A stretch of DNA of 64,000 nucleotides from Marinicellaceae bacterium (GTDB lineage Bacteria; Pseudomonadota; Gammaproteobacteria; Xanthomonadales; Marinicellaceae). Under the pieces are notes generated by a model. The model did not search any database and was not told the origin of the DNA. It was given only the letters and a program-made list of their open reading frames with translations. The translations under genes were made by a program, and so were the position numbers. Location: NCBI GenBank assembly GCA_045107085.1, contig JBGCFT010000088.1, positions 631 to 64,630 on the forward strand, written 5' to 3'. Within the stretch, counting starts at the first letter, position 1. Each line of letters starts with the position of its first letter. This document shows positions 34,071 through 44,102 of this stretch, one piece after another.

Positions 34071-35912
34071 ATGAAGCAAACAATCAAACATTGTTTTGTA
34101 TTCTTATTGTTAGGAATATATACAACAATTTACGCCACAGAAGAAGTCTATCAACAAGACACTACAACAGTAACAGCCTCACGTTATGAACAAAACAAAG
34201 ACGATATTATTCCATCAATAACCATTATTGATCGAGCAGATATACTTAGTTTACAAGCCAACTCTATTTTGGATGTATTGTCCTTACAACAAGGCTTAGA
34301 TGTAGCAAGAAATGGAGGAGTTGGAACAGCAACAAGTGTTTTTATGAGGGGTACAAATTCCAATCATAGCCTTGTACTTATTAATGGAATGAGAGTAGGG
34401 TCAGCGTTTACAGGAGGATTTGCTTGGGAAAATATACCTGTTTCACAAATTGAAAGAATAGAAATAGTTCGTGGAACTCGGGTGAGTTATTATGGATCTG
34501 ATGCCATGGGTGGCGTTATCAATATCATCACGAGGTCAGAAGAAAACACATACGCCCGTTACACATTTGGTTCTTTTGATACGCATAATTTTGATTTGGG
34601 TTTTGGAAATTCTTTCAATGATTCTCAATACAGCATAGTCATTGGCAGTCAAAAAACGGATGGGTTTTCTGCAACCAATGAAGCAAACTTATTTTCATAT
34701 GATCCTGATGATGATGGTTATGAAAATCAAAGTGTGAATATAAATTACTCAAAAAATACACAAGAAGGTGTGTTTAATTTCAATTTTCTTCAAGCCAATG
34801 CCGACAGTGATTTTGACACAGGCAATAGTGACTCTAAGGAACGCTCAACTAAAATTGCATGGAAAAATACTCTTTTTAATCAGTGGGATTCAGAGGTTTC
34901 ATTTGCTAATAACTACAACCTTTTAGATACAAAGGTTTTCGGTTCTATTTTTGATTCAAACAGAAACAGTTTTGACTGGATTCTGAATAAAAAAATAAAT
35001 AATAGTCAAGTTGGACTTGGCATTAATTATCGTTCTGAAAAGGCTGAGTTTACAAATTTAAATGCTCTTGTTGCGAGTTTTTCTGATAAACGCAATAATT
35101 TAGCTGCTTTTGGAAATTGGCAAGTTTCACACAATAACAATATTTTTTCAATCAGTGGTCGATTTGATGACAACTCTATTTATGGCAGCGATTTTTCTTC
35201 TGATTTTTCCTGGGCAAATCGCTTGAGTGAGACAAGTATGCTGAATTTATCTGTTGGCACCGCTTTTCATGCACCGAGTATTAGTGAATTATTTTCACCG
35301 AATTTTCAAGGCACAGTTATTTCACCATTAACAGGTGAAAGTGTTTTTGTGTTTTCATTTGAAGGAAACCTTAATTTAAAACCAGAAGAATCAATTAACT
35401 ATGAGTTAGGGTATAAAACAGAAATATCTGACAACCAAAACTTTAGCGCTAATTTATTTTATTATAAGATAGACAACTTAATTGATTTTCAAGGACCAAC
35501 TTTTAAACCTGTTAATATCAATGAGGCTTCAATAAAAGGACTTGAATCAGCTTATACATACAGAGATAAAGGTTATGTTTTTAATATTAACGCAACAATT
35601 CAAGACGCCAAAGATTCATTAACCGGATCTGCATTATTACGTAGACCCGACCACAAACTAAACATCAATTTGGATAAAACAATTAACCAAATTTCATTTG
35701 GTTCAAGCTTACGATACGCTTCAAAAAACCCAGATTTTGGAATTATGTTGGATGGATACATTGTATTGGACGTAAGATCCAGTTATAGAATTAATCAAAA
35801 TTGGGCGGTAGGATTAAAAGTTGAAAATGCTTTGAATAAAGATTATCAAATAATAAACGGTTTTAACACCTCAAATAATGCAGCTTACTTTAGTTTAGAA
35901 TGGCAACAATAA
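34071..35912 (+). CDS. btuB: TonB-dependent vitamin B12 receptor
   Basis: Signal peptide, TonB box TTTVTASR, plug and barrel motifs, and a terminal aromatic residue (EWQQ). It is preceded by the B12 riboswitch, with GGAGA 6 nt upstream of the ATG. Confidence 0.85.
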   Translation: MKQTIKHCFVFLLLGIYTTIYATEEVYQQDTTTVTASRYEQNKDDIIPSITIIDRADILSLQANSILDVLSLQQGLDVARNGGVGTATSVFMRGTNSNHSLVLINGMRVGSAFTGGFAWENIPVSQIERIEIVRGTRVSYYGSDAMGGVINIITRSEENTYARYTFGSFDTHNFDLGFGNSFNDSQYSIVIGSQKTDGFSATNEANLFSYDPDDDGYENQSVNINYSKNTQEGVFNFNFLQANADSDFDTGNSDSKERSTKIAWKNTLFNQWDSEVSFANNYNLLDTKVFGSIFDSNRNSFDWILNKKINNSQVGLGINYRSEKAEFTNLNALVASFSDKRNNLAAFGNWQVSHNNNIFSISGRFDDNSIYGSDFSSDFSWANRLSETSMLNLSVGTAFHAPSISELFSPNFQGTVISPLTGESVFVFSFEGNLNLKPEESINYELGYKTEISDNQNFSANLFYYKIDNLIDFQGPTFKPVNINEASIKGLESAYTYRDKGYVFNINATIQDAKDSLTGSALLRRPDHKLNINLDKTINQISFGSSLRYASKNPDFGIMLDGYIVLDVRSSYRINQNWAVGLKVENALNKDYQIINGFNTSNNAAYFSLEWQQ

Positions 35913-35935
35913 ACAATCTGATAAAATAACAATTA

Positions 35936-36523
35936 CTAGTGATGGCTTATAACTTTTGGTTTATAGCTAAAATGCCCGACAATTTTAAATTCGAATAACA
36001 TATCATCTAGTTTCGGCCCCCAGCCAATGTTGTGAATAACCTTATAACGGTTGGGGTCTTTATCAGATCTAATATTACTTATAATTCCAATGTGGGGCAA
36101 GTTGTTTGGCAATCTCCACGTGACGATATTACCGGGCTTATAAGTGTTGGCTTGTTGGTTAACGGGCAAAATAGTCCCGTTTCTTTTGAAGAATTCTTCA
36201 AGATTAGGGACTCTTCTGTGATCAATATTTGTATCGGGCTTTTTTAAACCCCAAATATTAGGATAATCTCCAAAGTTTTTTTTCATATCCTCATGAACCA
36301 ACTCTTGAAGATCTATACCAAGGCTCCTGTAGCTTCTGATCACCACATCTGTACAAACTCCTTTTCTTGGGTCTACATCTCCGTTAGGATAATCGATAGA
36401 TTGGTAGCTGCCATCGTAAACCACTTGATGGTTTAGTCTTTCTAGTGCGGCATCTACAAGGTGCTGTTCAGCTACTGCAAGATTAGCTATTAATAAAAAA
36501 AAACCAATAAAAAATTTAATCAT
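35936..36523 (-). CDS. DUF1287 domain protein
   Basis: YDGSYQSIDYPNGDVDPRKGVCTDVVIRSYRSLGIDLQ signature. Confidence 0.65.
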   Translation of the reverse strand: MIKFFIGFFLLIANLAVAEQHLVDAALERLNHQVVYDGSYQSIDYPNGDVDPRKGVCTDVVIRSYRSLGIDLQELVHEDMKKNFGDYPNIWGLKKPDTNIDHRRVPNLEEFFKRNGTILPVNQQANTYKPGNIVTWRLPNNLPHIGIISNIRSDKDPNRYKVIHNIGWGPKLDDMLFEFKIVGHFSYKPKVISHH

Positions 36524-36606
36524 AAAAATATGACATTAATGATAAATATAAAGTTCAGCTCTTTTTTTTAATATTTAATAATAAAACTTCTCTATGTATT
36601 GTTACG

Positions 36607-37863
36607 TTATTCAAATCCGTTTTTAAATATTTCATCAGTTTGAAACAATCCAATACTTTGTGACCCTGTGTACCCAGGAAAAACAGTATCAATATTTGGA
36701 TTGCCTAAAAAGTTTCTAATGATATCACTAAGCGGTTGACGAAAATCAGTTGTCATTTGTAAGTCCGTATTCAAGTATAAATCATCATCAGTGATTCCAG
36801 GGAAGGTACCCAGAACTTGTCCGCCATTAATGGCTCCACCAACCACCATCATAGCTTGAGCTGTCCCGTGATCTGTTCCTCTGTTTCCATTTTCTCTGAC
36901 ACGACGACCAAAATCTGTTTGTGTGGTTAAAACAACTTGTTCATCTTTTCCTGCTGCAGTTAAGTCATCAAAAAACGCACCAATAGCGGTTGAAACATTA
37001 CCTAATCTATCGGCATAAGAGCCTGTTCCATTATTACCAGAATTTTCATGAGTATCCCAGCCACCATAATCAACAGTGGCAACTTGTAATCCTAAATTAG
37101 ACTTGATTACTTGAGCAATGAGCCCTAAATCTTGGGCCAATGATTCATTGGGATAGGAATCTGGAATAGATAAATCTAAATCAGTAATGATATTGATGTT
37201 GTCAATCGTTGCTTGCATGGCATTGCCTAATAAATCAGAATTAGAGTGTATTTGATTCAAGGTAAATAAATGTTCTTCAGCATATCGGCCTGGATTTGGG
37301 TGAAAACTACCAGGATCATCTACTGACAAGACGTTTGTATCACCTTGTTGACTCACAGGAGGGTTGCCTGGTGACATTGATGGGATAACAGCAGAGTTAT
37401 TGATACTTGGTGATGAGTTAACGTGGCGAGCTAACCAACCATCAATATATGAAGATACACCTGGTGTGCCATAATCAAACATTGCTTGAGATTCAAAATG
37501 CGAGCGTGAGCTTAAACCTTCTGGCATACCCACAGCATGAATCATCGCCATTTTACCTTGTGTATACAATGATTGAAGATGAGTGCATTGTGGAGATAAT
37601 CCAAAAGCATGATTTAAGTTTAGAATCAGGTCAAGTGGAACTTGAATATTGGGCCTTTTTCCTTCATATTCAGTTCTATTGATACCTGTTCTTGGGATTA
37701 AAAAGTTCATGGCATCCATTCCTCCACGGAAAAACAAATGAACCAGCGATTTTTCCGCACTTAAGTCATTGGATCCTCTGTTATTAATGCCCAGTGTAAT
37801 GCCTGTTCCTGCTAATGTGAAAAAAGCAGTTGAGCCTTGTAAAAATTGTCTGCGTGTTATCAT
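36607..37863 (-). CDS. DUF1501 domain protein (sulfatase/alkaline-phosphatase-like fold) with Tat signal
   Basis: MITRRQFLQGSTAFFTLAG twin-arginine leader and C-terminal GTDHGTAQAMMVVGG. It sits directly downstream of the DUF1800 gene. Confidence 0.7.
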   Translation of the reverse strand: MITRRQFLQGSTAFFTLAGTGITLGINNRGSNDLSAEKSLVHLFFRGGMDAMNFLIPRTGINRTEYEGKRPNIQVPLDLILNLNHAFGLSPQCTHLQSLYTQGKMAMIHAVGMPEGLSSRSHFESQAMFDYGTPGVSSYIDGWLARHVNSSPSINNSAVIPSMSPGNPPVSQQGDTNVLSVDDPGSFHPNPGRYAEEHLFTLNQIHSNSDLLGNAMQATIDNINIITDLDLSIPDSYPNESLAQDLGLIAQVIKSNLGLQVATVDYGGWDTHENSGNNGTGSYADRLGNVSTAIGAFFDDLTAAGKDEQVVLTTQTDFGRRVRENGNRGTDHGTAQAMMVVGGAINGGQVLGTFPGITDDDLYLNTDLQMTTDFRQPLSDIIRNFLGNPNIDTVFPGYTGSQSIGLFQTDEIFKNGFE

Positions 37864-37867
37864 GATA

Positions 37868-39550
37868 TTACCTATACATAAATGCTGGAGATGAAAGAAT
37901 GAGTTTAACCAAGCCCCTGAGGCGTTCATAAATATATGGGTTTGATAAAGTTGTTATATCTGGGAAAGGAATATCGGCTGGCCACTGTTGAGGGTCACTT
38001 GAATTTTGCCTCATAAAATCTCTCAATTTAGTATGTAAATCCGTCCCCTGCCACCCTCCATCGGGCTGGTACCCAGCAAGTCTGCGCAACCAGAAAGTCG
38101 TCAAATCGTTTGGCGTATGAGATGGCAACCACTGGATGGGTGCACTTAGTGTTATATCCATCATTGGTACAATACGATCAGGATCATTATAATTCTGATC
38201 AAGAATCCAATCAAAACAGCGCATAACATAGGTGAGTACTGTTCCACCTGACCAATGCTCTTTTTTATCTGGATAACCATTAGGTGCAGGCCAATAAAAT
38301 GGACGCTGTCCTGCGCGGTGAATGTAATAGGTGACTAATGAGTTTGTATCAGAATCATTGGGTTTTGGCATAAATTCGGAATTTAATGCCCGCATAGCAC
38401 TAACAGCTAATTCAAAAGGTCTTTTAAGTTTTGAGTCAAAATTAGCAGGGTCTTTAAATTCAGCAGATAAAAACAAAGTTTCATAGACTTTTTCGAGTTG
38501 ATTATTGCTGTTTCTAAATTGAAAAAATGTATCTGCTACTTCATCAATGATTGATTGGGATGGTGAATCACTGATAAAGCGTCTACATAATTTACCCGCA
38601 ATATGTTGAGCGGTACCTTTATGAAACGCTAATATGTCTAAAAACTGTTCAATGTCTTCTGGATTAGCAGCAAAGTTATTCCACCTGTGCCCCAATATGG
38701 TTTTTTCGAATTTATCATGCCACGTTTCATAATAGAAAAACTCACCATTGTCTTGCATATTCGAAGATGATGAAGAGCTACTGTCTTTAATTTTCCAACC
38801 TGTAAACATACGCATTGCTGCATAAACATCATCATCCACATATTTGTCAGAGACCATTATTGTTCCCCAAGAAAAAGTGTACTCTGTTTGAGGAACTTGA
38901 CTGGCATCTCCTAAACTGATGTAATTTTCAGCACCTAAAGTATGCAGCTCAATTATTTCTCTGGCATAGTTTTCATTTGGACTACCCTCTTGATTAATGT
39001 AATTGTCAAGGTAGTGACTCATGGCAACATGCTTTGATGACAGTTCTAGCATTTGCCTGAAATTTCCAAATAAATGTCCAGAACCCAAGCCCGATGGTCT
39101 AGGGTGTCCAGCAATTGGTGGTCGTATAACATCTCTATCCCATGAAGTTAGAGTTGATTGTGCATAATAATCCCTTGAAAAAACATTAAAATGATTATGC
39201 CAAAAATCAGCTAAAACCTCTAAAAGCTGTCTTTTACTGTGAACTGCTCTTGCAACTACCAATCTCTCCATCTCTTCTGCGGGCCCATCACGATTATCAC
39301 TGTTAACATGATGATCTTGCCACATCTGACTTAAGGATTTATTCAATGTCACATAATTACTATTAGCAACCATGTTTTCAAAAGCGGAATCATTTATAGA
39401 GGACCAATTCATTTGTTGGGCCAGATAATTACTTAAGCGCTCGTTATTAGAGCTTCCTAAATTATCAAAATCTATGATATCACTGCCATTGTGAGTGATT
39501 CTGTGTCCGAAGCCCATTCGGCCGAGACAATGTACTGCAAATGTTTTCAT
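37868..39550 (-). CDS. DUF1800 domain protein
   Basis: HCLGRMGFG N-terminal motif. Its partnering with DUF1501 is a recurrent pair. The start was chosen at MKTFAV because the longer ORF would overlap xthA. Confidence 0.65.
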   Translation of the reverse strand: MKTFAVHCLGRMGFGHRITHNGSDIIDFDNLGSSNNERLSNYLAQQMNWSSINDSAFENMVANSNYVTLNKSLSQMWQDHHVNSDNRDGPAEEMERLVVARAVHSKRQLLEVLADFWHNHFNVFSRDYYAQSTLTSWDRDVIRPPIAGHPRPSGLGSGHLFGNFRQMLELSSKHVAMSHYLDNYINQEGSPNENYAREIIELHTLGAENYISLGDASQVPQTEYTFSWGTIMVSDKYVDDDVYAAMRMFTGWKIKDSSSSSSSNMQDNGEFFYYETWHDKFEKTILGHRWNNFAANPEDIEQFLDILAFHKGTAQHIAGKLCRRFISDSPSQSIIDEVADTFFQFRNSNNQLEKVYETLFLSAEFKDPANFDSKLKRPFELAVSAMRALNSEFMPKPNDSDTNSLVTYYIHRAGQRPFYWPAPNGYPDKKEHWSGGTVLTYVMRCFDWILDQNYNDPDRIVPMMDITLSAPIQWLPSHTPNDLTTFWLRRLAGYQPDGGWQGTDLHTKLRDFMRQNSSDPQQWPADIPFPDITTLSNPYIYERLRGLVKLILSSPAFMYR

Positions 39551-39659
39551 GTAATAAACCCATGTATTTTTTATACATTGTATACTATTTATTGTGAACA
39601 TGTAAAACTGTGATAAGGTTCGCAATCTGTAAGTTTGTACAATAAATAGAATAAATATT

Positions 39660-40427
39660 ATGAAAATTGTAAGCTGGAATGTCAATTCTCTCAAAGTTAG
39701 GTTAGAGCATGTATTGGAGTGGTCAAAAATTAACACCCCTGACGTACTTGCTATTCAAGAAACAAAATTAGTGGATGAAAAATTTCCACGTGAAGCCATA
39801 GAAAAAGCAGGTTATCATGTTTCTTATTCGGGACAACCAACTTATAATGGTGTGGCAATATTAAGTACATCACCAATTAGTGAGGTAGTCACAGACATAG
39901 AAGGATTGGATGACCCACAACGCAGAATACTGGCTGTGACCATCGATGATGTTCGAATAATCAACCTCTATGTAGTTAACGGCTCAGAACCCAATTCTGA
40001 AAAATATCAATATAAAATGCACTGGCTAGATAAGGTTACAGAATTCATTGAACAACAAACCCAAGAATATGATAATGTCATAGTGCTTGGAGATTTTAAT
40101 ATAGCTATAGATGATAGAGATGTTTGGGATCCTGAATATTGGAAAGGTAAGATATTGTGCACCGAGAAAGAAAGAGGAAAATTAGAAAAGATTTTAGATC
40201 TTGGTTTTGACGACAGTTTTAGATTGTTACACGATGAAGGCGGCCATTATTCATGGTGGGATTATCGCATGGCAGGTTTTCAGCGAAATTTGGGTTTAAG
40301 AATTGACTTGATTTTATCAAATGAGTCTATGAGTGAAATGTTAACTGCAGCTTATATTGATAAATCTCCAAGAGGCTGGGAGAGACCTTCGGACCATACT
40401 CCAGTCATAGCTGAATTTGATTATTGA
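39660..40427 (+). CDS. xthA: exodeoxyribonuclease III
   Basis: MKIVSWNVNSLKVR...IQETK...SDHTPV motifs. Confidence 0.9.
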   Translation: MKIVSWNVNSLKVRLEHVLEWSKINTPDVLAIQETKLVDEKFPREAIEKAGYHVSYSGQPTYNGVAILSTSPISEVVTDIEGLDDPQRRILAVTIDDVRIINLYVVNGSEPNSEKYQYKMHWLDKVTEFIEQQTQEYDNVIVLGDFNIAIDDRDVWDPEYWKGKILCTEKERGKLEKILDLGFDDSFRLLHDEGGHYSWWDYRMAGFQRNLGLRIDLILSNESMSEMLTAAYIDKSPRGWERPSDHTPVIAEFDY

Positions 40428-40498
40428 AAAAAATTCATACAATTAAAAATTTTTAATTTGTTGAGTTTATTTAAAAGATATTGATCTGGGTTGAAAAA

Positions 40499-40993
40499 TT
40501 AGTCACTTTCTTTTTCGAGCTTTTTCATCGCCATTTTTCTCTTTAGTGGAGATAAGTGATCTAGAAAAACGATGCCCTTTAAATGATCTAGTTCATGTTG
40601 TATACAGACAGCAAGTAATTCATCAGCCTCTAAAGTAATCGCTTCACCAAATTCATTGAAAGCAGACACAACTATTGAATTAGCACGCTTAACCTTGGCG
40701 TAAATATTTGGAACAGATAAACAGCCTTCTTCGTGTATTTGGTTGCCTTCTTTTTTATCAATTTTTGGGTTCACTAAACAAATTGGATTGTCTTTTTCTT
40801 CTGATACATCAATAACAACAACCTGTTTATGGACATCAACCTGCGTTGCAGCAAGACCAATACCTGGTGCTTTGTACATTGTTGTAAACATGTCTTTGAC
40901 TAGTTTTAATAAATCGTCATCAAATTTTTCTACAGGTTTAGCAATTGTTTTTAAGCGTTTATCTGGAAGAGTTAATATTGTTAAAGTTGTCAT
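40499..40993 (-). CDS. def: peptide deformylase
   Basis: GIGLAATQ, EGCLS and HELDHL motifs. Confidence 0.95.
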   Translation of the reverse strand: MTTLTILTLPDKRLKTIAKPVEKFDDDLLKLVKDMFTTMYKAPGIGLAATQVDVHKQVVVIDVSEEKDNPICLVNPKIDKKEGNQIHEEGCLSVPNIYAKVKRANSIVVSAFNEFGEAITLEADELLAVCIQHELDHLKGIVFLDHLSPLKRKMAMKKLEKESD

Positions 40994-41240
40994 TTTATTA
41001 AATTTGCGGTTGTTTTTACGAGAAGATTATATGAGAATTCGTGTTTCAATAATTCTTAACATATAGGTATATAGTACAATATTGGGTGTAATTTAATAAA
41101 GACAATAGTGGAAAAATAGACTATCAGGCAATCAAAATGCTACTTTTTTCTTAAAAATGCCACTTGATTCACATATTTTAGTTTAACTTATTGCATAATA
41201 TGGATAAACTAATCATAAAGAAATCAAGGATTTGTCGGAA

Positions 41241-42449
41241 ATGCTTAAAAAACTACATTTACTTTTCATCGCCATAATTTTAATTAATACTTGTGTTCGA
41301 GCTGAAATAGAGTTGAATCCAACTCATCCAGATAATTACACAGTTCAGAAAGGTGATACATTGTGGGATATATCTGCACGATTTTTAAAGTCGCCCTGGG
41401 TCTGGCCAGAAGTGTGGCATGCCAATCCTCAAATTGAAAACCCCCATTTAATTTATCCTGGTGATGTCATATCCCTGATTTATTTAGATGGCAAGCCCAG
41501 ATTGAAAGTAACCAGAGGGCATCCGACAGTAAAACTTTCGCCCAAAGGAAGAAAAATATCTCATGAAGATGCAATAACTACAATCCCCTTACAGGATATT
41601 AAACCGTTTTTGAAAGTGTTGAAAGTATTATCTGAAGAAGAGGTTGAAGAAGCACCCTATGTAGTTGCAATCGAAGAGGGCCATCTTGTTGGCTCAGAAA
41701 CTAAGAATATTTATGTTAGAAATTCTAATGACGCAAGATACGGGGATGCTTTTGCCATTGCTAGACCAAGAGTTTTATACCGAGATATTCCTATTACCTA
41801 TCCTTTTGAAACTTCTGATTACAAGCAAAGAAAAACGGAAACAAAACAGTGGAAGAAAACCAGCAAACATACAGGTTCTGCACTGTTCTCAAGTTTTTGG
41901 AAAAAACACATAAATAATACTTTTTGGGATTATGTGGATGTTCTAGGGTATGAGGTAGAAATAATTGCAGAAGCGCAAGTTGTTAAGACCGAAGTTAATA
42001 GTGTTACAACCATGCATATTACAAGTAGCACAATTGAGGTAAATGAAGGAGATATTATCATTCCACTTAACGATATCAGTTTTGATGCCTATTTCCAACC
42101 AAAAGCAGCCACAATAAATGACGACAATATTAGAGTAGTTGCTTTAAGTAATGCCTATTTTACGAGTGGCAAATGGCAAATTATAGCAATCAGTCGTGGT
42201 TCAGCAGATGGAATATCAACAGGAGATGTATTTGACGTAAAGCGCCCTGCAAAAGTCATAAGAGATGAAGTTATGTTTCCAAAAGAAGATTTAAAGGCTT
42301 TTTTCAAGCCTTCAATTGCTAAGGTCACACTCCCTGAAGAGCATGCTGCAAATATCATGGTTTTCAAAACTTTTGACCACATCTCATATGCCATAATTGT
42401 TGACGGAAATCGGCCTGTTAAATTACTAGATTTTGTCAGAGCACCTTAA
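41241..42449 (+). CDS. LysM domain-containing periplasmic protein
   Basis: Signal peptide and LysM motif YTVQKGDTLWDISARFL. It occupies the conserved position between def and dprA. Confidence 0.8.
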   Translation: MLKKLHLLFIAIILINTCVRAEIELNPTHPDNYTVQKGDTLWDISARFLKSPWVWPEVWHANPQIENPHLIYPGDVISLIYLDGKPRLKVTRGHPTVKLSPKGRKISHEDAITTIPLQDIKPFLKVLKVLSEEEVEEAPYVVAIEEGHLVGSETKNIYVRNSNDARYGDAFAIARPRVLYRDIPITYPFETSDYKQRKTETKQWKKTSKHTGSALFSSFWKKHINNTFWDYVDVLGYEVEIIAEAQVVKTEVNSVTTMHITSSTIEVNEGDIIIPLNDISFDAYFQPKAATINDDNIRVVALSNAYFTSGKWQIIAISRGSADGISTGDVFDVKRPAKVIRDEVMFPKEDLKAFFKPSIAKVTLPEEHAANIMVFKTFDHISYAIIVDGNRPVKLLDFVRAP

Positions 42450-42454
42450 AAATA

Positions 42455-42483
42455 AAAAAAGCCTCATAAATTGGGGCTTTTTC
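42455..42483 (+). terminator. rho-independent terminator candidate
   Basis: AAAGCCTC-ATAAATT-GGGGCTTT stem (8 bp with one G-T pair) followed by a T run. Confidence 0.6.
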
Positions 42484-42503
42484 AATAATAAAGGATTCAA
42501 ATA

Positions 42504-43628
42504 ATGGACTATAACCAATCTTGGTTAATGCTAACCAGAACTAAAGGTATGGGTTATAAACGTATATCTTATCTACTTAATCACTTTAAGAAAGTTGAAA
42601 ATATCTTTTTTCAATCTGATTATCCAAACTTTCTTAAAATACCACAATCAACACAACAACTTCTAAAAAAGCCCAACTTAGATTTAATTAAACAAGATAT
42701 GCAGTGGTTAAAAAAAGACAATAATCATTTGCTGGCTATAGACAATGATATGTACCCGCCATTGCTATTAAAAACGGATAGCCCGCCACCTTTACTATTT
42801 ATCACAGGTGACCCAAATCTTTTACTCTTGCCTCAAATAGCTGTGGTAGGGAGTAGAAATGCAACTTCAATAGGTTTAAAAAACACACATTCTTTTTGTT
42901 TTGATTTGGCTCAAAAAGGTATTGCAATTACAAGTGGGATGGCATTAGGCGTAGATGGTAAAGCCCACAATGCAGCCTTGTCTGCAGGTGGTAAAACTAT
43001 AGCAATAATGGGAACTGGTCTTGATGTCGTTTATCCAGCAAAACATAAAGAGTTGGCTCATAAAATTGTGAAAAATGGCGCATTAGTCTCAGAGTTTCCT
43101 ACGGGAACTAAGCCCAATGCACATAATTTTCCCAGAAGAAATAGAATTATTTGTGGTTTGTCCTTGGGGACTTTGGTAATGGAAGCCAGTATCAAAAGCG
43201 GAACTTTGATTACTGCACGACAAACTATGGAAATTAATAGGCCAGTTATGGCCATACCCGGATCAATTCATTCTCCAATGGCTAAAGGCTGCCATTTATT
43301 GATCAAACAAGGAGCGAGATTGGTTGAATCTGCAGAGGAAATCCTAGAAGAGTTGACTCCACTTGCACAATCCTTATCTTTAGATATTAAAGAAAAGTTA
43401 TCATTACTGGATGATAATACTGTTAAATCCTCAAAAAATCCTTATATTAAGGCTGAATCGAGTGAACATCAAATGGTGCTCGAAAATATAATGTATGAGG
43501 CAACACCAGTCGATGAAATCATTGAAAAAAGTGAGTTAAAGCCACAAGAAGTGGCCTCGATATTATTAATCCTTGAATTAGAAGACAAGATACAAGTGCT
43601 ACCTGGAGCACAATATATACGCATATGA
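42504..43628 (+). CDS. dprA: DNA-processing protein DprA
   Basis: IAVVGSRNAT...SGMALGVDGKAH...FPRRNRIICGLS signature. Confidence 0.9.
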   Translation: MDYNQSWLMLTRTKGMGYKRISYLLNHFKKVENIFFQSDYPNFLKIPQSTQQLLKKPNLDLIKQDMQWLKKDNNHLLAIDNDMYPPLLLKTDSPPPLLFITGDPNLLLLPQIAVVGSRNATSIGLKNTHSFCFDLAQKGIAITSGMALGVDGKAHNAALSAGGKTIAIMGTGLDVVYPAKHKELAHKIVKNGALVSEFPTGTKPNAHNFPRRNRIICGLSLGTLVMEASIKSGTLITARQTMEINRPVMAIPGSIHSPMAKGCHLLIKQGARLVESAEEILEELTPLAQSLSLDIKEKLSLLDDNTVKSSKNPYIKAESSEHQMVLENIMYEATPVDEIIEKSELKPQEVASILLILELEDKIQVLPGAQYIRI

Positions 43629-44101
43629 ATGAAAACATCGTCGAACTTTTACTTTATTTATTTGAAAACTATATATATGACAATGAGGAAAATCAGTTAG
43701 ACGACAAAAAAATTCACCAAGGTTTAACACAAGCGGGCTTTGCATCTTTGACAATAAGCCACGCTTTTATTTGGCTTGAAGACTTAAAATCTGACATTGA
43801 ATCTTATCAAAATATAAATATCAAGACTGATAGTTTCAGGGTTTTTCACTCCTTAGAACAACAAAAAATTGACCAAGATTGTCAAGATTTTATATTATAT
43901 CTGCACAATACGGGTATATTAAATAATATACAAAGAGAAATTCTCATTAATGCAATAATGAAGCCAGAAATCAATCATTTTGATGTAGATGATTTACAGT
44001 GGTTGGCTTTAATGGTATTGTTCTCGCAACCCGATCAAGAACAGGCAATAGCTCATTTAGAAGCATTATTGTTTGAAACAGAAGACTTTTACGAACATTA
44101 A
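43625..44101 (+). CDS. smg: Smg (DUF494) protein
   Basis: LLYLFENY N-terminus and the conserved dprA-smg-topA order. ATGA overlap with dprA. Confidence 0.8.
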   Translation: MNENIVELLLYLFENYIYDNEENQLDDKKIHQGLTQAGFASLTISHAFIWLEDLKSDIESYQNINIKTDSFRVFHSLEQQKIDQDCQDFILYLHNTGILNNIQREILINAIMKPEINHFDVDDLQWLALMVLFSQPDQEQAIAHLEALLFETEDFYEH

Positions 44102-44102
44102 T

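Noticed and set aside
33962-34189. 75-aa ORF upstream of and overlapping btuB
   Set aside because: It lies across the cobalamin riboswitch aptamer and the btuB start, so the conserved RNA motifs explain the sequence.
39551-39736. The N-terminal extension of the DUF1800 ORF to 39736
   Set aside because: The extension overlaps the start of the well-supported xthA gene on the opposite strand and encodes low-complexity hydrophobic sequence. The family-like motif HCLGRMGFG begins right after the internal Met at 39550.
40452-40469. A perfect 18-bp palindrome AATTAAAAATTTTTAATT between the convergent xthA and def genes
   Set aside because: It consists only of A/T pairs in an AT-rich spacer, where such palindromes arise easily. 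It could be a weak bidirectional terminator, but there is no support beyond the symmetry.
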